Source: a virus (taxonomy: Duplodnaviria > Caudoviricetes). From it: a stretch of 62,589 nucleotides of DNA. The notes beneath the pieces were generated by a model. That model had not been told where the DNA came from and made no database searches. It worked only from the letters and a program-made list of their open reading frames with translations. Made by a program: the position numbers and the translations under genes. Positions 1-7,438 of the stretch are shown one piece after another (position 1 is the first letter of the stretch; each line of letters opens with the position of its first letter). The stretch lies in IMG/VR virus record IMGVR_UViG_3300046167_000817, positions 1 through 62,589 of that record. One strand, written 5' to 3'.

Positions 1-152
1 AGTATAATATAAATAATAACACCCTACTGTCACGCCTTTTACTTATTATATCAGTATAGAATCGTGCTCGGTCCGGGAAAGTAAGCGAGCGTAGCGAGCA
101 GAACAGTGGCCACTTTACTCGTTTTTTGCTATACATGCTATACGCACCTGCC
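1..152 (+). repeat. Left terminal direct repeat
   Basis: Matches 62439-62589 except CTTTTACTT versus TTTTTTTT near positions 36-44. Confidence 0.95.
48..75 (-). promoter_or_regulatory. Early promoter-like motif copy (within terminal repeat)
   Basis: Plus strand ATATCA-gtatagaa-TCGTGC-tcggt-CCG. Confidence 0.7.
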
Positions 153-252
153 CTTCACTGGCCTAGCTACTTGGGTTATCAGGTGGATAGATGAGTGAGC
201 TTAGCTGAAGGCCTGCCTATTAACAGACCCCCGAACTAAACTAACAACTATA

Positions 253-519
253 TTAGATGTATGATTTCATGTCTCTAACAAACCTTGGTAGGTTGAAGCT
301 TTGAGTATATATCTTATACTTCTTGAAACATGCCATGCTATCGAATCTCTCTTGATTCTCATGGTACACTTTATCGTGATCGTAGTCACACACTTTGCCA
401 TCGTAGTTTGTATACTTAATGATTAAGCCTTGACCTACTAACTTCTTTCTTATTACGAATCTTTTAGATACTATGCTTCTCTTAGATTCTTTACTTACTT
501 TACTTTTTACTTTTGTCAT
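253..519 (-). CDS. Small basic hypothetical early protein
   Basis: 88-aa ORF with A-rich leader, downstream of the motif at 560-587. Confidence 0.75.
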   Translation of the reverse strand: MTKVKSKVSKESKRSIVSKRFVIRKKLVGQGLIIKYTNYDGKVCDYDHDKVYHENQERFDSMACFKKYKIYTQSFNLPRFVRDMKSYI

Positions 520-559
520 TTTAATTTATTTTAGTTATTATTAATTTAATTCATATTTA

Positions 560-587
560 ATATCAATTACTATTCGTGTTTGACTCC
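560..587 (-). promoter_or_regulatory. Early promoter-like motif copy
   Basis: ATATCA-attactat-TCGTGT-ttgac-TCC. Confidence 0.75.
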
Positions 588-664
588 TCCGAGTTTGACC
601 CCAGGCTTATCACTACTACCAGCAGGAATAGCACCGCTGGACTTAAAAAGATTATTGCTTCCAT
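563..664 (-). CDS. 33-aa single-pass membrane peptide (MEAIIFLSPAVLFLLVVVISLG...)
   Basis: ATG 7 nt downstream of the motif at 672-699; hydrophobic helix; the longer 79-aa start in the ORF track is unlikely. Confidence 0.55.
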   Translation of the reverse strand: MEAIIFLSPAVLFLLVVVISLGSNSEESNTNSN

Positions 665-671
665 GTACTTA

Positions 672-699
672 ATATCAATAACAGTTCGTGTCAGGCTAG
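672..699 (-). promoter_or_regulatory. Early promoter-like motif copy
   Basis: ATATCA-ataacagt-TCGTGT-caggc-TAG. Confidence 0.7.
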
Positions 700-928
700 T
701 CCAGAGTAACCAGGTAAAAGCTACCATGCACGCTACAGTACAGGTATGTGGCCCGCCATGGCACCCCTGGGCAGCACGGCAAAAGGCAAACCGTTCTGGC
801 AAAACCAGGTAAAAAGAGGCCCGGTGGGGGTAAAAAAAGGCGTTTCCGTGTTCGACTCACTTGCGTGTAATATTGCGTAACCCATTACCTCTACTCATCT
901 AATAAGATTTTTTTAGTATATTGGGGGT

Positions 929-1135
929 ATGAAAAGAATTAGGTATGTGAAGTCTAAACAACAATACCTGACAGAGGAAGAGATCTTTACCTGGGTGGGA
1001 GAGAGACAGCAGGAGCTGTTGGATTTATCACCGAAGTATAGGATGTACTTTCAGGATTGTCTCGGTCAGTTTGTTGTGATAGATGAAAAACATTATAAGG
1101 TGACGATAGGTACTAAAGAAATATTTAATAAGTAG
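929..1135 (+). CDS. Hypothetical protein, first gene of the + arm
   Basis: 68-aa ORF with ordinary composition. Confidence 0.6.
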   Translation: MKRIRYVKSKQQYLTEEEIFTWVGERQQELLDLSPKYRMYFQDCLGQFVVIDEKHYKVTIGTKEIFNK

Positions 1136-1145
1136 CTATTGTCGC
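1100..1145. promoter_or_regulatory. 46-bp inverted-repeat site (operator/iteron-like)
   Basis: GTGACGATAGGTACT-AT-rich spacer-AGTAGCTATTGTCGC; same architecture at 57700-57744 and 62427-62471. Confidence 0.65.
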
Positions 1146-1229
1146 GTAATATATAAAGTATGAGTTATAAACAGTATAAACACCTTATGAGCGTAAACTT
1201 CATGGGTATAAGAGATAAAGTAAAAACCT

Positions 1230-1463
1230 ATGGGAAAACAAAAATTAAGTCTACTAGCAGCAAAAAGAAAAGCGGTAAGAGATAAAGCCTATGCAATGTC
1301 AACGGATCGTAAGAAGAAAAAAGCGGAAAATCAAAGAAAGAGAAGAGCGGCAAAGAAAAAAGGTATAAATTTGAAAGGATTAGATTATGATCATACAAGA
1401 GGTAGATTTGTATCTGTAAAAGTAAACAGAGGAAACGGTGGGCGTGGTACTAAAAAAGCATAA
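1230..1463 (+). CDS. Small Lys/Arg-rich protein with degenerate HNH-like tail
   Basis: KGLDYDH...SVKVNRG resembles the G-x-D-x-D-H...N-R pattern of small phage HNH proteins. Confidence 0.6.
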   Translation: MGKQKLSLLAAKRKAVRDKAYAMSTDRKKKKAENQRKRRAAKKKGINLKGLDYDHTRGRFVSVKVNRGNGGRGTKKA

Positions 1464-1512
1464 AAGCGCGTAATTATAACATTATAGGAATTAAACCTAA
1501 ATACCAAAAACA

Positions 1513-1797
1513 ATGACGTTTTATTATAAAACCTATTCCTTCTCACAAGGTGGGCAGGGAATACCCGAAGAAACCAGGAAGCTTTGGGAGCTTATAGCTG
1601 ACAAAAAGAACTGGAGAATAGTCCAATTACCAAATGGATATTACCAAGCAGAATACAACAAAGACCCTGATTGGATAGATGTAACCAGACGCGAAACATT
1701 AAAAGCGTGTGAAACCGCAATAGACAAGAGCATTGAACATTATAAGAAGAAGCTTGAGTTTGCCGACGGACCAAAAGTAATAAAGACATTCAAATAA
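1513..1797 (+). CDS. Hypothetical protein
   Basis: 94-aa globular-looking ORF with A-rich leader directly before groEL. Confidence 0.8.
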   Translation: MTFYYKTYSFSQGGQGIPEETRKLWELIADKKNWRIVQLPNGYYQAEYNKDPDWIDVTRRETLKACETAIDKSIEHYKKKLEFADGPKVIKTFK

Positions 1798-1825
1798 TCA
1801 CTTCTTATCAATCAAATTAAATTAA

Positions 1826-3391
1826 ATGGAATATAATAACCCAAGTGAGATAGTAAAGGATTTAACCTTTGGTGAACACGCCAGAGATAGAATCATGCAA
1901 GGTGTAGAAAAACTGTCATCCGCAGTAGCTTCTACGCTTGGTGCTTCAGGAAAATGTGTAATCTACGAAGATTCTATGGGTAACCCAATAATAACTAAAG
2001 ACGGTGTTACAGTTGCAGAATCAGTAGTTTTAATAAACCCGGTGGAAAATATAGGGGCTACACTAATAAAAGAAGCAGCTAAAAAAACAGTGAGAGAAGC
2101 AGGTGACGGTACCACCACCGCAACCGTCCTTGCTCATTCTCTCCTTCAGGAAATGAACGAAGCAGCTGAAGATTACTCAATAAGAGAAATTAAAACAGCA
2201 GTAACGAAAGGCCTGGAAAAAGTATTAGAGTACTTAGATGAAAAAAGTATAAAGATAAAGGATGAAATGCTAGAAGATGTCGCTTCTATATCATGTAACA
2301 ACGACGTTGCGCTCGGATCGATTATAGCTGACGCTTATAAATCTGTCGGGGCTAACGGTGTTGTGTTAATGGAAGAATCTGACACAGAAGAAACATTCAG
2401 CGAAATAGTAGATGGGGTTCAATTCGACTGTGGTATAAAATCTCAGCATCTGGTAACAGATAAAGAAAAGAATAAAGCTATACTTGAAAACCCCTACGTC
2501 CTTATTGTAGCATCTCAAATACCTAGTATTAGAAAAATACAGAGTGTACTTGAGCATGTTATTAAAGAAAAGCGCAGTCTTTTAATTGTAGCAGGTATGG
2601 ATCAACAACCTATGGCTGCACTTTTAATGAACAAGGTAAAAGGTAACATTAAAGTAAACATCATTGATACCCCCGGGTTTGGGGCGACTAAGATGGATAC
2701 TATGCAAGATTTAGCCACAATAACCGGAGCGCAAGTTATCAATGAAGAATTAGGAGATGATTTAGATTTAATCAATCCTAGTGTATTAGGCCAAGCTGAA
2801 AAAGCAGTAACGGATGCAACATCTACAGTTATTACTATAGATCAAATGCCAGATGAAGCAAAAGAAAGAATAGACCTAGTAAATAAAAAAATTAAAACGG
2901 AAAAAAATCCGTTTATAAAGTCTAAGCTTGAACAAAGACTTGCAATGCTTTCAGGAGCTGTAGCAATATTAAAAGTTGGCGCAAACTCAAAAATAGAATT
3001 GAAAGAAAAGAAAGATAGAGTTGAAGACGCTATATATGCTGTTAAAGCAGCCATTAAAGAAGGTATAGTTTCAGGTGGAGGTGTAGCACTGCACAATGCT
3101 TCAGATAAATTAAAGGATAAGCATTCTGCTGAAAAAATCTTATGCAATGCTTTAAAAGCTCCCTACAAAAAAATTCTAGAGAATGCAGGTATATCATATG
3201 GCCCTAGTATGAAAGAGGGTATGGGGATAGATGTTGTTACAGGAAAAGGGGTTAATATGATTAAACACGGAATAATTGATCCGGTACTTGTAACTAAGAA
3301 AGCATTAATAAATGCTGTTAGCGTAGCTACCACAATTATATCAGCTGATTGTATAATTTCAAATATTAGAGATTATGAAAGCAATCAATAA
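1826..3391 (+). CDS. groEL: Group I chaperonin GroEL (phage-encoded)
   Basis: TLG-x-x-G, ITKDGVTVA, AGDGTTTATVLA, PGFG, EKKDRVEDA, GIVSGGGVAL and GIIDP motifs; lacks the GGM tail. Confidence 0.97.
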   Translation: MEYNNPSEIVKDLTFGEHARDRIMQGVEKLSSAVASTLGASGKCVIYEDSMGNPIITKDGVTVAESVVLINPVENIGATLIKEAAKKTVREAGDGTTTATVLAHSLLQEMNEAAEDYSIREIKTAVTKGLEKVLEYLDEKSIKIKDEMLEDVASISCNNDVALGSIIADAYKSVGANGVVLMEESDTEETFSEIVDGVQFDCGIKSQHLVTDKEKNKAILENPYVLIVASQIPSIRKIQSVLEHVIKEKRSLLIVAGMDQQPMAALLMNKVKGNIKVNIIDTPGFGATKMDTMQDLATITGAQVINEELGDDLDLINPSVLGQAEKAVTDATSTVITIDQMPDEAKERIDLVNKKIKTEKNPFIKSKLEQRLAMLSGAVAILKVGANSKIELKEKKDRVEDAIYAVKAAIKEGIVSGGGVALHNASDKLKDKHSAEKILCNALKAPYKKILENAGISYGPSMKEGMGIDVVTGKGVNMIKHGIIDPVLVTKKALINAVSVATTIISADCIISNIRDYESNQ

Positions 3392-3632
3392 CTTTATTAT
3401 AATTGAGCCTATTAAAGAAGAACCTAAAAAAGAAGAGGGGTTGCTTATAATGGATCAGCATGTAGATGACGTTAGGTACTTAAAGGCTAAAATTATATCA
3501 ACTGGCAATATGACAGAAGGAATCAAAGTAAATGACATAATTTATTATGATAGAAGAGCCGGACACGGAATAGAATACGACAATAACTTATACCAAGTTA
3601 TAAGGCAACAAGATGTTGTGTTAGTCGGTTAA
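3375..3632 (+). CDS. groES: Co-chaperonin GroES
   Basis: 85 aa; MKAINNFIII..., GLLI mobile loop, IKVNDIIYY, YQVIRQQDVV; overlaps the groEL stop. Confidence 0.9.
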   Translation: MKAINNFIIIEPIKEEPKKEEGLLIMDQHVDDVRYLKAKIISTGNMTEGIKVNDIIYYDRRAGHGIEYDNNLYQVIRQQDVVLVG

Positions 3633-3722
3633 TACCAAAAGCCATATACCAAATACTAAAAACTTAAAACGGTTACTGAAAACTAACCAAAAACTTTTTG
3701 TTTAACTTTTAAATTAAGAATC

Positions 3723-4073
3723 ATGGCTTTAAATAACAACGACCACTTTTTAATTTTTATTGATGCAGCTGATGACGCAGCAGCTTTTTCACTAAATTCT
3801 TTTAATGGAATGACTGTAGCTTCTGACGCAACGTTAATAATGAACTTTACAAACTCTTTAGGCCCAAACGCAACTGAGGACAAAAGAAGCTTTGTAACTA
3901 TTACTACAACAGCGGACAAAGAAAAAGACGTTATGATCGGAATTGCAGATGCAATTAACAATGCAACTAACTATCCGAAAAACACAAAAAACTATACAGT
4001 AATTTGTGACGACGTTAACTCAATCTTTGCTCACGCAAATATCTTAAGCTGTACTATTACATTAGACGCTTAA
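3723..4073 (+). CDS. Hypothetical protein, possibly virion-associated
   Basis: 116-aa ORF followed by a strong terminator. Confidence 0.75.
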   Translation: MALNNNDHFLIFIDAADDAAAFSLNSFNGMTVASDATLIMNFTNSLGPNATEDKRSFVTITTTADKEKDVMIGIADAINNATNYPKNTKNYTVICDDVNSIFAHANILSCTITLDA

Positions 4074-4082
4074 TAATTACTA

Positions 4083-4126
4083 AGACCATAAACGGGCTCA
4101 CGGGTTGAGCCTGTAGGTCTTTTTTT
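4083..4126 (+). terminator. Intrinsic terminator
   Basis: AGACC..CGGGCTCA-loop-TGAGCCTG..GGTCT followed by a T run. Confidence 0.8.
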
Positions 4127-4128
4127 AT

Positions 4129-4572
4129 ATGAAGCTAACACCTAACGATTTACGAGAATTAAATATATTAAAATACTATAGGTTAGTTAGAAAATGGGCA
4201 GTGCAAAACATATGACTTTAAATGACGCCTGATTTAGAATTATTAGTATATTTAGATTGCAAAGTACGATTTACGCGTAATGATTTTATTAATGGCGTTT
4301 ACACAATGTCTTGGGATAAAGACAGGTGGGAACGATTAAGAAGAGACGGGTGGATTGATGTATGGAGACAACGAGCTGGTTCTCAGCAAAAGTACGCTAT
4401 ATATACTACTTCTTTTAAATGTAAACAATTAATTACCAGAATATATAAAGTATTATTAGGTGAAAATGATTTACCAACAGGAAGTAAAAGTATATTCTAC
4501 AAAAATAAATCATATCGGGACAAAGTATATAATAAGTCCATAGATGATATGATAAAAGATAATAACAGATAA
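4129..4572 (+). CDS. Putative winged-helix DNA-binding protein; 5' part disrupted by apparent indels near 4200-4230
   Basis: ATG at 4129 (MKLTPNDLRELNILKYYRLVRKWA) is in frame with the 4222-4572 ORF but interrupted by one TGA; C-terminal RLRRDGWIDVW...YAIYTTS is wHTH-like. Confidence 0.55.
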
Positions 4573-4583
4573 ATTTTAAAATT

Positions 4584-4682
4584 ATGCCAGCAGGTAAAGG
4601 AACTTACGGGAAAAAGGTCGGAAGACCAAAAGCTAAAAAACCGCTTAAAAAGAAAAAAAGTAAAAAGAAAAGCATGTACTAA
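4584..4682 (+). CDS. 32-aa Lys-rich peptide (MPAGKGTYGKKVGRPK...)
   Basis: Not in the ORF track; fills the gap exactly, with TAATG coupling to the next gene. Confidence 0.75.
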   Translation: MPAGKGTYGKKVGRPKAKKPLKKKKSKKKSMY

Positions 4683-4939
4683 TGGCTTTAAGAAAAACCA
4701 CAAAAGGCAAAGGCAGACACTTTTTAACCGCAAAAGAGGGAGCAGGAATGACTGCTGCGGGAAGAAAAGCTTACAATAAATCCACGGGGGGTAATTTAAA
4801 AGCTCCTCAGCCAGGTGGAGGAAAAAGACGCACCTCTTATTGTGCTAGATCAAAAGGCCAAATGAAAATGCACAGAATAAATTGTAAAAAAACACCTAAA
4901 AAAAGAATCTGTGCTGCAAGGCGTAGATGGAAATGTTAA
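4682..4939 (+). CDS. Small basic protein (SYCARS...RRRWKC type)
   Basis: 85 aa, very basic; pattern common in aquatic phage late regions. Confidence 0.8.
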   Translation: MALRKTTKGKGRHFLTAKEGAGMTAAGRKAYNKSTGGNLKAPQPGGGKRRTSYCARSKGQMKMHRINCKKTPKKRICAARRRWKC

Positions 4940-4950
4940 TATAAATAATA

Positions 4951-5094
4951 ATGAAAGAAAAAAAAGAAAATAAAGACAGAGACGGATCACAAATATTATC
5001 TCCTAAACAAATGAGAATTGCCGCAATGGCAAAGCCGTTTAATAAAATAACAGGGGCTGACTTTACGAAAATGCAAAACAATCAAAATACTTAA
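4951..5094 (+). CDS. 47-aa basic peptide (LSPKQMRIA...KITGADF)
   Basis: Not in the ORF track; fills the gap between neighbours, A-rich leader. Confidence 0.7.
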   Translation: MKEKKENKDRDGSQILSPKQMRIAAMAKPFNKITGADFTKMQNNQNT

Positions 5095-5097
5095 TCA

Positions 5098-5391
5098 ATG
5101 CCTGAACTTGACCTAGACAAAATTAAAAAGGAAAAATTCAATATTAGCGTAGAGAATTTAATTACTATTGGTGCTGTAATTGTAACTGTAACCGGAATGT
5201 GGTATAGCTTACAAGGTGAAATACAACTTGCTAAAGAGTTGCCAGAGCCAGAAGTATCAAGAACCGAATATGATTTAAAAGATCAGTTAATTCGAGAAAC
5301 AATAATTTCAACTGAAGAAAAAGTAGATGCTAATTCAGAAAAACTGGATAAGATAGATGAAAAGCTATATGAAATAATAATAAAAAATTAA
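5098..5391 (+). CDS. Membrane-anchored coiled-coil protein
   Basis: One TM segment (LITIGAVIVTVTGMWY) plus a C-terminal coiled coil. Confidence 0.75.
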   Translation: MPELDLDKIKKEKFNISVENLITIGAVIVTVTGMWYSLQGEIQLAKELPEPEVSRTEYDLKDQLIRETIISTEEKVDANSEKLDKIDEKLYEIIIKN

Positions 5392-5393
5392 CC

Positions 5394-5711
5394 ATGAAAA
5401 ACATTATTTTAATTTTATCCTTATTATTATCATTTACTGCTTTTAGCCAGGACGTAACTGTTGTTCATTTTAATTATGAATGGAATTCAAGAAATAAGTA
5501 TAAAAGTTTAGACAACTTAAAAAATGCTAAAGTGCAATATGCTTATGTAGAAAATCAATCTAAAAAACTACAAACTTCTATAAAATCTGTACCTACTATT
5601 ATTGTATACAAAGGAGAAAAGCCTGTTGCTCGATTTGAAGCAGGGTTAAGTATGAAAATAGAAATAGAGCTTGATAAGCTTCAAGAAATAGTTAATAGAC
5701 ATAAAAATTAA
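5394..5711 (+). CDS. Exported thioredoxin-fold protein lacking CxxC
   Basis: Signal peptide ending AFS-Q; VVHFNYEWN and IKSVPTIIVYKG...RFEAG thioredoxin-like pattern. Confidence 0.7.
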   Translation: MKNIILILSLLLSFTAFSQDVTVVHFNYEWNSRNKYKSLDNLKNAKVQYAYVENQSKKLQTSIKSVPTIIVYKGEKPVARFEAGLSMKIEIELDKLQEIVNRHKN

Positions 5712-5715
5712 AGAT

Positions 5716-5847
5716 ATGCCAAAAGATGCGTGTTATAAAAAAGTAAAAGCAAAATATAGAGTATTCCCATCCGCTTATGCTAGTGGAGCATTAGCTAAAT
5801 GTAGAAAAGTGGGTGCTGCCAACTGGGGTAATAAATCTAAAAAATAA
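5716..5847 (+). CDS. 43-aa basic peptide (MPKDACYKKVKAKYRVFPSAYASGALAKCRK...)
   Basis: Not in the ORF track; fills the gap; PSAYASG motif. Confidence 0.8.
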   Translation: MPKDACYKKVKAKYRVFPSAYASGALAKCRKVGAANWGNKSKK

Positions 5848-5851
5848 TATT

Positions 5852-6223
5852 ATGGAAGATTTTAAAATGAAAAAAGGCAGCAAAGAAAAAAATACACCGG
5901 GTACATTTAGTGAAAAACAGACAGATACGGTAAACAAAGTAACAAACAACGCAAAATACCAAAAGTACATAGATGCTTCTAAAAAAAGTTTTCCTAGTTT
6001 TGACCAGAAAAAAGATACAGTGGTTTCTACAACAAGTAAAGACTACAATATGGGTCAAAGCATAAATAATATGAAAGCACATGCAGCGCAAGTAGGTGAT
6101 ACAGGGGGCAAAAGAGTGTCTTCAAGTTTAATAGGCACAAAACAAACCGTTACTACAACAGGCACTAATTTATCAAACAGAGAATTTACGTTTAAAAGAA
6201 AAGTTAAAAAACCTAAAAAATAA
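5852..6223 (+). CDS. Lys/Thr-rich hypothetical protein
   Basis: ATG at 5852 preferred over the GTG at 5813, which lies inside the upstream gene. Confidence 0.7.
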   Translation: MEDFKMKKGSKEKNTPGTFSEKQTDTVNKVTNNAKYQKYIDASKKSFPSFDQKKDTVVSTTSKDYNMGQSINNMKAHAAQVGDTGGKRVSSSLIGTKQTVTTTGTNLSNREFTFKRKVKKPKK

Positions 6224-6348
6224 TGAAAGATAAATTTGAGCCACATATGATGTATTGCAAAAATGGCAAAGGCTATAAAGCAAATACATATAAACAACAT
6301 TTAGCATTAAAGAAAAAAGGTTGCGGTCATTCTAAAGTTAAAAAATAA
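6223..6348 (+). CDS. 41-aa basic peptide (FEPHMMY...HLALKKKGCGH)
   Basis: TAATG overlaps at both ends. Confidence 0.75.
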   Translation: MKDKFEPHMMYCKNGKGYKANTYKQHLALKKKGCGHSKVKK

Positions 6349-6623
6349 TGGCTGTTCGTAAAACAAAAAAAGGATTAGCTCTTAAACGTTGGTTTAAAGA
6401 AAAATGGATTGATGTTCGTACTGGTAAACCTTGTGGAAGAAGTAAAGGTGAAAAAAGAGGTACACCTTATTGTAGACCGAGCAAAAGAGTTTCAAGTAAA
6501 ACAGTTAAAACTGCTTCAGAGATGAGTTCTTCAGAAAAAGCAAAAAAAATAGCTGAGAAAAAAAGATTAGGTCAACCAGCAGGTAAACCAAGAAGAGTTT
6601 CGAATACAAAACGTAAAAAATGA
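6348..6623 (+). CDS. Small basic protein (LKRWFKEKW...PCGR...YCRP type)
   Basis: 91 aa, translationally coupled on both sides. Confidence 0.8.
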   Translation: MAVRKTKKGLALKRWFKEKWIDVRTGKPCGRSKGEKRGTPYCRPSKRVSSKTVKTASEMSSSEKAKKIAEKKRLGQPAGKPRRVSNTKRKK

Positions 6624-6778
6624 AAAAGTCAAGAGGATTAGGTGATTCAATCGAAAAGATCACAAAAAAAACAGGTGTTAAAACAATGGTAGATGTAATC
6701 TCAAAAGGATTAAATGTACCTTGCGGTTGCGAGGGAAGACGTGACGCCTTAAATACAATATTCCCTTATAAAAAATAA
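6620..6778 (+). CDS. 52-aa protein (GLGDSIEKIT...CGC..RR..LN)
   Basis: ATGA overlap with the upstream gene; not in the ORF track. Confidence 0.8.
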   Translation: MKKSRGLGDSIEKITKKTGVKTMVDVISKGLNVPCGCEGRRDALNTIFPYKK

Positions 6779-6782
6779 ATTT

Positions 6783-6977
6783 ATGAATTTTACATTAATA
6801 ATAATAGCAGCTGTAGTTGTTATAATAGGTCTTATTGTTTTTTCTATTTGGTTAAATAAAAAAGGAATCACTAAAGACGATAACGATAATTACATACCAG
6901 ATGTTCTTGAAGACAAAGTAAAGAATGTTAAAACTAAGGTTAAAGACATTAAAAACATTGTCAAAAAGAAAAAGTAA
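6783..6977 (+). CDS. Small membrane protein
   Basis: N-terminal TM helix followed by DDNDNYIPD. Confidence 0.7.
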   Translation: MNFTLIIIAAVVVIIGLIVFSIWLNKKGITKDDNDNYIPDVLEDKVKNVKTKVKDIKNIVKKKK

Positions 6978-7435
6978 TGTCTAAAGACAAAAAGAAATTA
7001 AAAGATACCGCTGTTGGCCGATTTTTAGCCGGAGCGGGATCAAATATTATAGGTAGTTTAGGTGAAGTATTACCAGATAAGGGCGTATTAGGTTTAGTAA
7101 AAAATTTAATTAAAAAAGACCCAGCACTACCAGCTGAAGACAAAGAAAAAGCATTAGCCTTGTTACATCAAGATACTGTAGAGATGCAAGAAGTATCAAA
7201 ACGATGGCAGGCAGACATGAAGTCAGATTCCTGGCTTTCGAAAAATACAAGGCCATTGACATTAGTTTTCTTAACTGTTGCAATGGTTTTATTAATATTT
7301 ATAGACTCTACCGGATTAGACTTTGAAGTTGATGGTGGTTGGGTAGACCTTTTAAAATCACTTCTTATTACAGTATATGTAGCATATTTTGGTTCACGTG
7401 GTGCTGAGAAGTTCAAAACAATACAAAAAAATTAA
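6977..7435 (+). CDS. Putative holin (GTA/3TM-type)
   Basis: RWQADM.SDSWLSKNTRP, two C-terminal TM helices, YFGSRGAEK. Confidence 0.7.
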   Translation: MSKDKKKLKDTAVGRFLAGAGSNIIGSLGEVLPDKGVLGLVKNLIKKDPALPAEDKEKALALLHQDTVEMQEVSKRWQADMKSDSWLSKNTRPLTLVFLTVAMVLLIFIDSTGLDFEVDGGWVDLLKSLLITVYVAYFGSRGAEKFKTIQKN

Positions 7436-7438
7436 CAA

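Noticed and set aside
576-812. ORF 576-812 (+) and the N-terminal extension of 563-802 (-)
   Set aside because: They cross promoter motifs and the GC-rich non-coding island, have atypical composition and arise from locally low stop frequency.
3633-3700. A/C-rich imperfect repeats (ATACCAAA, AAACT) after groES as a possible array
   Set aside because: Units are short and irregular with no unique spacers; more likely an unstructured leader.
4129-4222. TGA readthrough or an alternative genetic code
   Set aside because: Core genes are intact under the standard code and use TGA/TAG as real stops; local compensating indels explain this case better.
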